This document shows positions 1-12,387 of a stretch of DNA of 64,000 nucleotides, piece by piece. Origin of the DNA: Ramazzottius varieornatus (Eukaryota > Animalia > Tardigrada); contig BDGG01000001.1 of assembly GCA_001949185.1 (NCBI GenBank), positions 5,259,624-5,323,623 of the forward strand, written 5' to 3'. The translations under genes and the position numbers were made by a program. Numbering within the stretch: the first letter of the stretch is position 1; the number at the start of each line of letters is the position of its first letter. A model generated the notes under the pieces. It had not been told where the DNA came from. It was given only the letters and a program-made list of their open reading frames with translations, and ran no database searches.

Positions 1-513
1 AAAACTGGTGTAAGTGTATCGTGCACTGAATGACGCCATTAATAAAACATTCCGAACGAATGCGCTACTGACACGCCGACATTGTTCGGCGGTGCAGCGC
101 GACAGCACGCGAATGTCAAGATTGCGACCTAGGACATCAGGCCAAATGAAGCGGCAAATTTATTGAAAAAGAAAAGCAAAATAACGGACTGAAGAACCGT
201 GAAGATTTAGTTCAAGCACACACCATGTAATCTTCTTCAGCACTTTCGTCGCTTTTTTCCTTTCATCAGAGCAGAATAATAGAGTCGCAAATGGATTAGT
301 AAATTATCAAATAATAATGGTTTTACTTTCGGTGAGAAAGCGAAACGGATACACACGCGTCAGTTATTTTATTGCCCCATTAAAAGTAGAAAGGAACCGT
401 CCCGCTACCTTATCCAGTCGATTTTGGCGGTGGAAACTGAGAGAGTTGCGTGTTTTGGACACTCACACAGCGGATAAAATATTCAAGGAAATCCTTGGAT
501 CGTCAGAACCTCC

Positions 514-1635
514 ATGTTGTTTTTTAGCGAGTCATTCATAAACTTTATTTCTACAGGACTGTTTTCGATATTGGACAAAGAAGGTTATCCAACCGCCAAA
601 TGCTACATGTTCATTAACGACCTGATCAAAGTCACCGGTCAAGTTTCGGCGTCCTTCCTCATTCATAACTGCACAATCCAAGCGTACCGCCGAATATCCA
701 GGCGGCACTACCGTCGAGTGGCGCTACCTGCCGGCACTATTCTCAAAACCACCGGGCTTTTCACCGACCAAACACCACCGTCCCAACGCCCTCTCAGTCA
801 AGCTTCATACTGCAACACTCCTATGCGTCCGTCTTTCTCCTTTGCCAAGTTCTTCAGTCGCCACTTGGACCATTATGACGTCTCAACATCCTCCTCTTCC
901 ATCAGCAACGAAGGCTCGACTACCGCACCACTCACACGCGAAACTACCACCGAGAGGTCCTTCTTGAAATGCCAAGTCGCAATGGACGATGAGATCTACA
1001 TCCCACTTACAACAGCAGGCAAGTTCTTCCTCATCAGCGACCCTGCGAGAACCGTAGAGTTCAACAAGCACTGTATCCATCTTCTTTCAACGGTAATATC
1101 TGAAGAACTTTTACCGTGCCGAGCGAAACTGATATGCGGGTTCTTGCCGGAAATGAGGGAACATTTCACGGGATACCTTCAACTGGAGACGATCCAAACA
1201 TGTGATGTCATGCTGGTTTGCACAATGAAGTCCCACCCGTTTCAGCTGTTCGAAGTGGATACGACGTCGGAGTTTGAATTCCGGACGGCTTTGCTCAGTA
1301 ATCCCAGGTATCTAAGCACGTCATTCCGCGCGGCATTAGCTTTCGTTTCCGCCCATTGCGAGTCCTGGAGGAAACAGGTGAAGATTGTGCACGAGGTGCA
1401 GGTTGATGCAGCTGAAGAAGAAGAGGAGCATATCTATGCGGAAATTGATGGACCGGATACAAATATTTCCGTGCCGTGCACCAGTTCAAGTTCTTCACCA
1501 GGTGGCAGTAGTGGAGTCAGCTCGCGATTTAGCGATGAAACCTTCAGCTCAACAGAGACAACGCCATACTCAGATAGCTCTCTAGAATACAGGATGCATG
1601 TGTTATCTTTTCCCTCTAAACTATCTTTCGTCTAA
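514..1635 (+). CDS. CABIT-domain protein (Serrano/GAREM/THEMIS-like), large 3' exon; the gene begins upstream
   Basis: ORF 514..1635. The true exon probably starts after the ctacag acceptor (~557). CABIT-like blocks: GLFSILDKEG, LPAGTILK, FLKC...EIYIPLTTAGKF, LPCRAKLICG, FTGYLQL. Acidic EEEEEHIYAEI and Ser-rich tail. Possible small upstream exon ~276-331. Confidence 0.65.
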   Translation: MLFFSESFINFISTGLFSILDKEGYPTAKCYMFINDLIKVTGQVSASFLIHNCTIQAYRRISRRHYRRVALPAGTILKTTGLFTDQTPPSQRPLSQASYCNTPMRPSFSFAKFFSRHLDHYDVSTSSSSISNEGSTTAPLTRETTTERSFLKCQVAMDDEIYIPLTTAGKFFLISDPARTVEFNKHCIHLLSTVISEELLPCRAKLICGFLPEMREHFTGYLQLETIQTCDVMLVCTMKSHPFQLFEVDTTSEFEFRTALLSNPRYLSTSFRAALAFVSAHCESWRKQVKIVHEVQVDAAEEEEEHIYAEIDGPDTNISVPCTSSSSSPGGSSGVSSRFSDETFSSTETTPYSDSSLEYRMHVLSFPSKLSFV

Positions 1636-2201
1636 TCTAAATTTGCGGGAAAGTTTTGAGGACAAGAGTGAATTTGCTCCTTTTTAACATTTCCGTATTG
1701 ACTGGTTTATCAATAGGTACAATTTACACTGAAATCTATCGATTTATAGGACAAAGTCTTATGGAACTTGTAGTATTGATAAATGTTTTAGTCGGACTCA
1801 ACGTGACAGCTCGAAATTTTAAAGGCTCGAATGGGTACTGCAGGTCGTATACCGCTTCTGTATGGGTAATCAGAAATGACACAAACTTGCACTTTTGTCC
1901 ATTTATACTCTGACATTTTCGATCGAAGTCACATGGGCCAATTACCCCACTCGTTGGTTCAACATGAACACGGACACTTCCGTCATAGGCAAATGTTAGG
2001 CGAACCACGCAATTAACGACGACAGATGCAGTCCGGAAAAACTTCGCAAGCTGTTTCTGAAATGCTCATCGACACGTTGCATCTTGTCAAAGATGCCTTC
2101 TTCCGCCCTGCTAAACTGGGATTAATTGAAGTTAAGTTACAAGCCGCGAAGTTTTCTGCCCATCTTATTATGGGGAAAACCCAACTACATATTCCTCCAC
2201 A

Positions 2202-4470
2202 ATGTCTCCCTGTGTGACTTCCCGAGTAAAGTTTTGCATCCATTGTGAACTTTCGAGATTCTTTATCATACTTCTACTCACATCTGTAATGTCGGAAACA
2301 GTAAAATTGGAGAACCAATTGGATAGATTAACGGCTGGAGAACTCGACCGTGTTGCTCATCGCGCAATGAGCTGTCACAACATTCCTTCGTTGGGTCTTT
2401 CCATAGTGGTCCCCTCCTCCAGCAACGGTGCTGTAAAGTTTTGGAAAACGTACAGAGCCCCATTTTTCGATGCAGAGAGAATGGCGGAGAACTCCACCAG
2501 AAGTGATCCCATGTTCTGTATAGGATCTCTTACGAAACATATCTCTGCCACACTGATCCTTCACCAATTGGAGCAACTGCAGTGGAAAGGATATACGTAA
2601 GTCAAGAAAACTTTTCGGTTCCCAACTTTAAGTCTTTGATATTCGCTAGCTGACGGTCTATCATAGTTACACCGTCGGCACACTAGTGACTGATATTATT
2701 CCGGCTCTTGGTTTGGAGTACTCCCAGTTGGCAAATGCTACCATTGAGGATATTCTGTCGCACCGCACCGGTCTGGCTGGTGAGTTAATTCTTCATAGCA
2801 ACCTCGACAAGGAATAATACATGGTTGCAATTGCTTACCCCAGAGTTTTTCGGACCATTTCTCGTGGGATACCCGACGGGTAGTTCACGACTGGACCTTG
2901 CGAAAATCGCGGCACGACTTCCAAGGATCCATCCCAGTGGAACGAGCTACGTCTACAACAATCATGTTTTCAGTCTGTCAGGTGGGCGAAGATGTACTGT
3001 CTCCCCTCGAAAAATTCACTCAATAACCTGACAGGCTCTAAAATAATGTTAAATGCCCCTCAGGGATAGTTTTGTGAGCCTGTCACGTGACTACGCGAAA
3101 CTTTCGAGGGAATACAGTACATTTCGTCGGAATGCGCAGAGAAAGATGGACATCGATTGTTCTAGGTTTGATTGCCGAGACACTTGGAGAATTACTGTAT
3201 GGGAAGCCAAAACGCTGGGAGGAGCTCGCTTCGGATTTGCTGCAGGAGGCCGGTGTCTCAACGGGAGATTTCAGCTTTGCCGATACCGTCGAGGATGCAA
3301 GGGTGGAAAAAGGATTTTTGTCAGTTGATGGTAAACTGCGTGCGATGGACCCGGAAGTGCGACAGTTGATCGCCCCTGCAGGAGCCGCTGGCTCACTTTG
3401 CATTACACCTCAAGCTATGGCCCGATGGATGAGCTTTCTTCTTCGGCGTGGTGAAGACAGCTCTGTCTCACGGGAGACCATTGTAAATCCGTGGACTACT
3501 CGAAATATCAATCCGAGCACAATACTTAGCTCGGTGGAATTTCCGGATGGTCCAGTCGTCAATGCTCGCTGTGGATATGGACTAGGCTGGGGCTGCTATT
3601 CTTACCGAGGTGAGTGTAGCGGACTGTCAACCCTTGACTGTATCTTGACGCTGATCATCACTATAAAGCCACTGGGTTTCAGGGCACAAATATGTGGCTC
3701 ATGGAGGCGGCTTCTACGCGTTTATTTCTAAGCTCCTGGTTTTCCCCGACCAAAATATATCCATCTTCACCAGCACTTCCGGCCCAGGAACATCTGATGT
3801 GGCAATAACGATGCGAAAACTTCACCTGTATATTTTTGACCGGTTGATGGGCTACTCGCCTCAACCTTTAGACTTTGTCTGCCCGCCCCCTTTGTTGACT
3901 CCAGCCCCAACTAGCAAAACTCTAGACAACTTTGTCCCCCTAAGGATACTTGAAGGCTTCTTAGGGGAGTACCAGCACGGGGTTTTCGGAACCATTAAGG
4001 TTATTGTCAAGAACAAGGAGGTGCGTCTGCTGGCGGGTCGGTTCGGTGAAGCTATTCTGGTAAACTGTGTATCCCATCCGGACAACACTGCGGTGTGTCA
4101 GTTGGAGTTCACGGGAATCCTGTGGTGGATATCTGGCTCCGATGCTTTCAAGAACGATAAGCAGACTAATCGCACCGCAATATTCCGTCTCGTTCATAAT
4201 GCTGAGCAGGAAGCACGGACGTTGACATTGCCACTCTACTCTTCCGCCGCTCCTCCTCTCTTCACACGGAAACCCCGCGCGAACGGAATTACGTCATTGC
4301 AGATTACGGAGCGCGCAACAGAGACCATAAAACCTAATAGCGCTGATAAAAATAGGAGTGGAAACGTCAGCCTAATGACAATACTAATTATCTCTCCGTC
4401 ATGCCAATTGAAAATATTGCCGGTTTTTTTGATCTTGAGCATGGCTGTACTAATGATTGGGCTGGCGTAA
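2202..4470 (+). CDS. Beta-lactamase class C / serine hydrolase (PBP-like) family protein, 5 exons, signal peptide and hydrophobic (GPI/TM-like) C-terminus
   Basis: Motifs in order: FCIGSLTK (SxxK), ATIEDILSHRTGL (exon ~2668-2779, not in ORF track), YVYNNH (YxN), APAGAAGSL, YGLGW, HGGG. GT-AG introns at ~2597-2667, 2780-2842, 2982-3165 and 3610-3682. N-terminal FFIILLLTSV; C-terminal ILPVFLILSMAVLMIGLA. AATAAA at ~4507. Confidence 0.88.
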
Positions 4471-5688
4471 CTCTTCTTTTGCTCTATATACAAAAAGCAC
4501 GCGATGAATAAATGTCACTACTCTGAAAAAGATCAGCAAACACTGTGCCCACCTGGCTTTCGTTTTTCAAACTGGAAATGAGCTAGGAGCCCGGTTCATC
4601 CAAAGAGAACAGACAGAGTGCCGAGACCCACGAAAGCACATAGGTTGAGGGACCTCCCGTTAATTGGAGTTCAAAGGACAGCGTGGGAAAGACCCATTTC
4701 AAGGTGTAGACTAATCCACTAACGCCGAGCTGTTACATCGACGACCGGAAGGACGAATCACCCATCTCATCAGTCATGGCTGGCAAATGAAGGTACACGG
4801 GCCTGACCTAAATATGTGCATGAAACTACGGGCCAGGGAACGAAAACGGCACGGGCTAGCTGAAGTTGATCAATCAATTGAATCAATCGGAACACCTCCG
4901 GTTTCGCTCCGTCGCCCCTATTTTTTTCCATGCCAACATTTAGGGCAGGCGCGTGTACTGCATATCGATCCGAAAGGTAGTAAGCTATGAAGAATATATA
5001 TACCGGTAAAGTGGGCAGACCGTAGAGCCGCCTGCAATCGAGGTCCTCGTCGCTGTCTCGAATAATCGACCTGTTCACCTTGTTCACACATAGACTGGAG
5101 TGTTTTCCTGACACAAAAACCCATCACACCTTTCTATTGCAAGCAGGGTAAGAACGAGCGCTGAAAAAGATTTTCAGTCAAATTCCCACGAAGAAGCAAG
5201 TTTGTTCGCCATCCTCCAGAATGCCTTTATGGCCCCGCCGACTGGACCGGCGCCGAAGATCGGAAGTATCGCCCATTTTCGGACAACCAAGCGCAGGTAA
5301 GAAGTTAAATAAACCTAAGTCTCATCAAATCTTGCACGCCAAAGCCTGTCCAGATGCGTCCAACGAGTTACTGCCGAGATCGACGTCGGGCCGGCCTGAA
5401 ATAGTTCAGTCGACAGACTCTAAATTTCAGGTGAGTAAACTTACGCCGCTTTGAGCAAAGAGAGAGCTAGAAAACTATCCTTACTAGTATCCGCTCTGTT
5501 GCCGAAAGTTGTCAGACGAGCGAGTCTGAGAGTACCTGGGAATCTCGCGTAGAAGGGTCGGTTAGCCAAGCAGATCACGATGCCGTCACATCACTGGTAC
5601 TCTCTCTTGTTTTTTTGTTGAATACACCTGACTGCTGGACACATTTCCTCCGCATACAGACATGACTCCCACATGCAGATCGCATATA

Positions 5689-5983
5689 CGAGGCAAAGGT
5701 TGTAAAGTTAGCCGCCCCATACCGGGTTTGTAAAGTTAGCCGTCTAAGTCCGCCTGTTCTCTACCACTCAATCCCAAACTTTTAGGGATAGATCGATAGA
5801 TAGAATAATGAGCTGTCGAATGGTATTAGGCACAGTCAACACGAGGAGTCAGAGAATCCAAGAGATCCGCAATTAAAAGAACGTGGAAATCTCATGGTAA
5901 AAAGCCAAGACTAACAATCAAATAGTCAATCAAGCGAAAGACGCTACAGGCGTGGCTAACTAAAGTATACAACCTTTACCTCG
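5689..5983. mobile_element. MITE, Tc1/mariner-pogo type (TA TSD)
   Basis: TA|CGAGGCAAAGGTTGTAAAG ... TACAACCTTTACCTCG|TA; subterminal repeat TGTAAAGTTAGCCG x2; no coding capacity. Confidence 0.75.
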
Positions 5984-5985
5984 TA

Positions 5986-6150
5986 CCGTGTACGACAAAA
6001 TCAACCGTGAAAAATGGGCGTAATACTCCAGCTGAGCTAACTTACGACTCAGCCAATAAGAATTAGGTTCTGCTGCAGGCGCAAATTTCATTGGCTTTAA
6101 CCATGTGGCACCATACACCTATTTTTAACGGTTTATTTTGTCGTACACTG
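5986..6150. mobile_element. MITE, Tc1/mariner type (TA TSD), abutting the previous MITE
   Basis: TA|CCGTGTACGACAAAATCAACCGTGAAAAATGGGCG ... CACCTATTTTTAACGGTTTATTTTGTCGTACACTG|TA, ~35-bp imperfect TIR. Confidence 0.75.
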
Positions 6151-6462
6151 TACAGAGCATTACGCACAAACGCCATAGTTTTTTCCATGTGACACATCTC
6201 TGTTCTCGCGCTTTGTCCAGTACAACAATACAACACCTGCTTCCGGTGCTGACGACGGTATTCGACCGATTATTAGTATCTCTGTGTCAGCTTATCTGAA
6301 GCTGGTCATGATAGTGAAAAGTGTTGCTGCTAATGTTCGCGGCGATTCGGAGAATGGACTAATTTATCCGAATGACGGGTAAATGAATGCCAGGTAATGC
6401 GAAACATGACCAAATTATATTGATTGGAGATTCGGTTTGAAGTGACAGCTGGGCCGGAAAGC

Positions 6463-9400
6463 ATGGAATTGCCAGATGCAATGACTCCATCGGCGCCAGA
6501 AGAAGTGCCGGAAAACATTACCCCTCCGCCGACAGAAGCTAAGGTACTTTACTTATTCGGTTGTAATCAAGCCCGCCGACTCTTATTGTTTCACCATACA
6601 AAAGCCGCAGTATTTACGTTTTTATTTCCGACTCGACAGGTTGATGTGCTTGACGACGCTGAGACCTTGTTCTTCAAAGATGGACGGAGAAGAGTTGACT
6701 TCATTCTGGTATACCAGACCGGTAATCGATCCATTGATCGAAGGCGAGCTTTGCGTCGAGCCAACCTGGAGGAACATATGCGCGAGGAGGGTCTTCAACT
6801 TGAAGTGGAAACTAGACCAGTAGGTGGTGTTTGTTTACATTGTCCGGAGTGTCAACTAAGATGCACATTTGGTCTTTCTTTTGACAGCTTCCTGGTCATC
6901 TCTTACCGGGATTTGATACTCTGCACGACAAACTGCATGGTATCCCTGGAATGGATCGCCTGCATCCTCACACGCCTATTCCTGGTCTTTCCGACACTCC
7001 TGAAATAGTCAATCCTTGCCTCTGCTTTGTAAAGATTCATGCCACATTTGATCTCCTAAAAAAATATGCCGACATTATGAAAATCAAGATGCCCCTCATA
7101 GTAAGCGAAAATCACCCGCGACAGAGATCGACTGAACTAATCAAGTTCTTTACCACAGAAAGGCAACGAGAACCTTCAAGAAGACGAGCTATTGCATTAC
7201 TTCCCAAACCCTTTCCGGGTTGATCGCACAGTGCTACCAGAGATGCAGGAACAGTTCACTTCGTTTTTCTCCAAAGCACGCATCGATCAGTTCCACATTA
7301 CGGATGAAGACACGTTCTTCTCCCCGGCACAGCGCAGCCAGATTATCTGGGAATGTTTATCGAGGATTCGATACGATGATGGGAATCCGTCAAAATTCGG
7401 CATACAACGACTCCTGGGAAACGAAACGTACAGCGCCGCCTATCCACTGCACGATGGACCTTGGGAGAAACCGTCAAGCCTGGAAGGGAAGCCAGCTAAC
7501 CTTCGAGCAGTAAGTCCTCAAGAACGGACATACACATCCGACTCATGGTCATGTTCCTTCGAACAAACCTTCAAACTTCCTTGCCTATGTAGACTTTATA
7601 CGACCAGTGGGGAAGAATGAGAAGATGGTACAAAATTCAACCTATCGAATACATTCGCCTGTATTTTGGCGAGGTAACCTCAGATATTCTAATTTATGCT
7701 CTAAATAGTTCGTATTCTAACAAACAAAAGATGCTCTTGATTTCCAGAGAGTATCATTCTACTTTGCCTGGTTGGAGTTCTATACAGCGATGCTGATACC
7801 AGCTGCACTGGTCGGCATCGCCTGCTTTGTGTACGGTGCTGCCACCCTTTGGCGCGACCCTCCAACATGGGAGATCTGCCATCATTCCGAGATCGGCAAT
7901 ACGGTTATGTGCCCTCTCTGCGACAGGTAAGATACGGTTGAGCTGGACATGTTTTTTGGACGAAAACGGCCACGTGAGGATATGTTTGTAGGTGGTGTCC
8001 CTTCTGGAGGTTGAAAGACGCTTGTGCGCTGTCCAAGGCAACGTACCTCTTCGACAACCCAGCCACGATTTTCTTCTCCACCTTCATGGCCTTTTGGGCG
8101 ATGCTATTTTTGGAACTATGGGAAAGGAGACAATCGGTACTTGCATGGAACTTTGATACGCTGGACGCTTCTGAGCAATATGTATGTTGTATCAATCTCG
8201 AAAGCCTCTTGATTTTGAGTACAGCGACCGCAACACTATCCAACCTCAAACCTCTAATCTTGTTAACAGGAGCCCGTTCGCCCCGAACTCGGGTTTAGAG
8301 CGAAAGACCAGCGCTTGAACCCAGTAACCAACATCATGGAGCCATACGTTCCACGCTTGAAGCGATACCTTCATGGGCTATTATCTACTTCGGCCATCTT
8401 GTTCATGGTACGAAAATATGCGGATCTCGCTGAAAATGTGAGGCTTGTCGTAACAAACCTAGATTCAACTTGCTGGGTTGATGGTAGATGTTCGTGGTAC
8501 TAGCTGCAGTTTTTGGGACTATTGTCTATCGGATGTTTGTGGTGGTCGCGCTGTACTCGACCTCGAGCACCCGAGATACATTTGCCAGTCAGTACGCCAC
8601 CTACATTACCGCTGTCACGTCAGCTTTCCTCAATCTGGTCGTCATCCTTGTCCTCGAAAAAGTACGTTGCGGCGTTCACGTGGATATCAATCCTTCTGGG
8701 AATGCAAACGATAATGAACGTCTCTTAGGTATATTATCGGCTGGCAAAATGGTTGACAGAGATGGAGTGCCCACGAACACAGACGCAATATGAGAACAGC
8801 CTTACTTGGAAATATTACATCTTCGAGTTTGTCAACTGCTACAGCTCTCTCATCTACGTCGCTTTCTTCAAAGGCCGGTATGAAACGTAATTTGGCCGGG
8901 TCGCCCCGAGATCCTTCATCTGCACGTTCTCTTCAGGGTGCCAGCGGGAAATCCTGGATCGAAAGGATGGTTTAATATCCCTATCGATCAGGTGAAGTAA
9001 CTTGGTTTCTAGTGCAAAAGATGCTTCGTGACCTGTTAATTTGTGGATGTCCGTTCATTTCAGTGTGATCAGTCTGGATGCATCATTGAGCTCTGTATCC
9101 AACTGGCAGTCATCTTGCTGGGCAAGCAGATCTACTCTATTGTCCAGGAGGTGTTCTTACCGCGGATGGGCACCTGGTGGTCTAGACAAAACATCATCAA
9201 GTTCTTCTCTCACATGCGCCGCTTCTACCGATGGGAGAAAGACCTACAGCTTCGTCCATTCCCTCCATTAATAATGTTCAAAGAATACACTCGAATGAGT
9301 ACGTGGAGCATCCAAATTACCGCTAGGGCTGCAAGAAAGGTGAAAATCTCTGACGAATCCTCCTTTGTAGTTTTGCAGTTCGGTTTCATGACAACATTTG

Positions 9401-10032
9401 GCGTCGCTTTTCCCTTGGCACCAGTTTTCGGGCTTATCTGCAACCTTTGCGAAATCCGGTTCGACGCCTACAAAGTTCTGGTCGTATACCGTCGTCCAGT
9501 TCCCCAAGTAGCGAAGAATATTGGGGCGTGGCTGCGTATCCTACGACACCTAGCACAGTTCTCTGTCATCACCAACGCATTTGTCATATCCTTCACGTCC
9601 GAGTTCGTCCCAAAGGTGGTATACATGCTTGCCTACTCGACTGACCATACGTTGTACGGGTACATACAATGGAGCCTTTCTGCATATGCCGTCAAAGACT
9701 TACCACCGTCCGTTGCACCCATTCGTCCCGGCGGAGGTTTTGAGTCATCTCCTCCGACTGAATGCTACTATCGCGATTTTCGTACCGGACCCAACGGCGA
9801 TCGCGACATCCAGTATCGGTACAACATGGCTTTTTGGCACGTTTTGGCTGCCCGTCTAGCGCTAGTTTTGGTCCTGGAACACTTCATACTCATCTTGACG
9901 CGCATCGTGGCTTACCTGGTTCCTGATTTGCCCTCTTGGCTTCAGGCAAAGATCTTACGTCAGAATTTCCTCGCCAGAGAAGCTTTTTACGAATCCGAGT
10001 CGAAGAAAATTAACCAAGAAGGATCAAGATAG
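6463..10032 (+). CDS. Anoctamin / TMEM16 family (Ca2+-activated channel or scramblase), multi-exon
   Basis: Ordered anoctamin motifs across exons: RRVDFILVY, FVKIHA, FFSPAQRSQII, FGIQRLL, YSAAYPLHDG, QPIEYIRLYFGE, FYFAWL, MCPLCD, LFDNPATIFFSTFMAFWA, FEFVNCYSSLIYVAFFKG, GCIIELCIQL, QFGFMTTFGVAFPLAP, EIRFDAYK, IGAW, FWHVLAARL. Many ~60-80 bp GT-AG introns. Start codon uncertain. Confidence 0.95.
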
Positions 10033-11450
10033 ACCAACAAAAGAGAAAGTTGGGATTGCTCTGATTGAAGAATGTATCCCGAAATCAGCACTCTAAATTA
10101 GCAAAGTCTTTAAACACTGAAAATAATGGGTTGGGTAACCCATCTTGTCGTACTGTGGAACCATCAATTCGAAGACTTCTACCAGGCAGCGTTCATACCT
10201 GAGAGAACCCTCGATATTAGGCCTAGCGAGAATGCATGAACTTCCGCAACCGTCCGTGCTCATCGAGACACAGATACGGCACTTGGTGCTTGCTCTCCAA
10301 CACAACGGCGACGTACCATTCCGACGACGGCAGTTTAACTTTTGACAAGTCACTCTGGACATTCGGGATATGTCCCCACTGGATATAATAACCCACAAGT
10401 GACAAGGTTTCTCTTAACTCTTCGACGCTTTTCTGCAGCCGATCCGAACTCTCTACCGAGTCCAGGCTGGTTTTCCACGAAGAACCTTAGTACCTTTGGC
10501 TCAGTCTACAGGTACAACGCTATCGGTGAACGTGGTCGACTCAATGTTCTTTTCGTTTCGTCAGATTTACGAGCGTCCACGAGGGTAGAATTAGCGATAG
10601 TAGGGAAAGTAGAAATAAGCAAGCTTATTTAACACTCTGCGTACGACCGTCCTCTTTGTGTATACAATCACTCAGTTTTATTCACCTCCCAGTTTTAGCT
10701 TTTGGTCTTTCGGGTCTGGGTCTTTTTGTTTGCATGTACCTCGGTCTTCTCACCAAAGCAACACTAATGACCAGCGGTCAGCAAAACCCCAGCACGCTAG
10801 AAATTTTTCTACGGTTTCGAGTGGGTTTGGTGAAATTTGGTGTTTCGTCTCTTCGCGCGAGACAAGTGCACGGTATTTAAATAAGATCTTTGCTTAAAAA
10901 AGACTGGAGCACTGGAGACAGTCTTATCTGTCGAAGCCGAGCCTCGGATAAATTTTGTAGTCATCGGTGCGGTCAGAAGGAAATCAGGACGACCAGATCT
11001 CCCTTTTGAGATTTGGCGTTCATGGCCTGCCAATTATCCGAATTTTGAAAATTCGAAAATTGTCTATTGGTTGGACCAGCCTCCGCAACACGGTACCAGC
11101 CAATAAAATTCCTGTATACACAAAGAGGACGGTAGTATTCTGCAAACATAAAAATGATCGTGCTGAAAGTGTTAAGGGTAACTGTGGAGCGAGTTCCTGG
11201 CTACTTTTGTTTCAGGTTGTCTGTCGATGCCACATGATCTTCGCTGCTGTCGTTCACTGTCCGCTGCTGAACTCCTTCGCGACTTCGTCTGCCTTCTCGA
11301 CCTCTCCTAAGCTTCTCACAGCTCTCCTCTACGCCCTGCTCCACCTTTCTGTTTGTTTCTTGCAGGTATGTGACTGCTGAGCGGAGTTATCCGCCGACAG
11401 TCTCGTTCTATGCATATCCGCGTCTCTGCTCATTACGTGTATGGTGGTGC

Positions 11451-11605
11451 ATGAGAGGTCTCGGTTTTTAATAGGGGCGCGACACGAACGTACATGCACC
11501 TTGATGAACAGGCGTCCCTAGGGGCGTGTCAGCTGTTGCGCACTGGTGTATCTGCGGTGTATGTATGCGCGTGTCGCGCCTACACTAAAAAGCATGGGCT
11601 CTCAT
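11451..11605. mobile_element. Small degenerate MITE / inverted repeat
   Basis: ATGAGAGGTCTCGGTTTTTAATAGGGGCGCGACACG ... CGTGTCGCGCCTACACTAAAAAGCATGGGCTCTCAT, imperfect ~36-bp inverted repeat; no clear TSD. Confidence 0.5.
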
Positions 11606-11810
11606 TAAACGCGATACAGCTCAGGAAACGCACGCCGTAGCCATGCATAATTCTCTTCAGACTTCTTTATGTTATACTGTTCCTGTTTTACCAATTCATT
11701 TTTTAGCAAATTGTGACGTCATCGAATCCGATGGGCGTGTCGATATCTCCGGGCTCTTGACTAATCAACGTTTGGACCGTTGTTCGACGTTTTCGTTCTT
11801 AATTTTGTAT

Positions 11811-12331
11811 TAGTTTCTAGTCGGTAGCGCTTGACGATGACGATTACCATACGATGACGGTAGCCATCGTCACCGTCAGAAAGCTGTGCGATGTCGACTG
11901 TGTTCGGCGACAGCCTGGTGACGATAACTTTCGCTCCGTTCCCACCGCCTAAAAGCCTGGTATCCGCAACGTGACTTCATGATCGGTAGCGCCCTGTTGC
12001 GGGCGGTGGAACGGAAAAATGGCTAGATTTTGACAAACTTCACCCCTCTCGACTGGATTTCAGTATCGACCTCCTGATCAGACTTTTTCCATTCTTGCTT
12101 GGCATCAGTTGACAGAGAAATGGATCTTCTACATCTTGATACCAAGACGGGCCATCTGGGAGTTGCAGGAAGCCATCGACAGGCATCCAAAGTTCATGAC
12201 GGTCTTTTGCTCAAATACTGTCATACCATCGCTTGACGGTAACAATAAAGGCACTCTCCAGCCATTTTTGATGACGTGGAGGAGCTATCGTCATCGTATG
12301 GTTACCGTCGAGCGCGTCCGACCAGAAGCTA
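11811..12331. mobile_element. MITE with ~50-bp imperfect TIRs
   Basis: TAGTTTCTAGTCGGTAGCGCTTGACG...ACCATACGATGACGGTAGC on the left; reverse complement GCTATCGTCATCGTATGGTTACCGTCGAGCGCGTCCGACCAGAAGCTA on the right; internal GACGATGACG-like repeats. Confidence 0.65.
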
Positions 12332-12387
12332 TTAACTTTGACCACCATTATGAACCCAATCTGGTATTACCATCTCTATCATACTGT

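Noticed and set aside
2202-4470. Bacterial contamination or an antibiotic-resistance gene
   Set aside because: The gene has spliceosomal introns and is flanked by spliced eukaryotic genes.
10093-11380. Short ORFs downstream of anoctamin, and most overlapping antisense ORFs in the track (e.g. 16298-16723, 46525-47220, 51624-52256)
   Set aside because: No recognisable motifs; likely UTR, shadow or chance ORFs.
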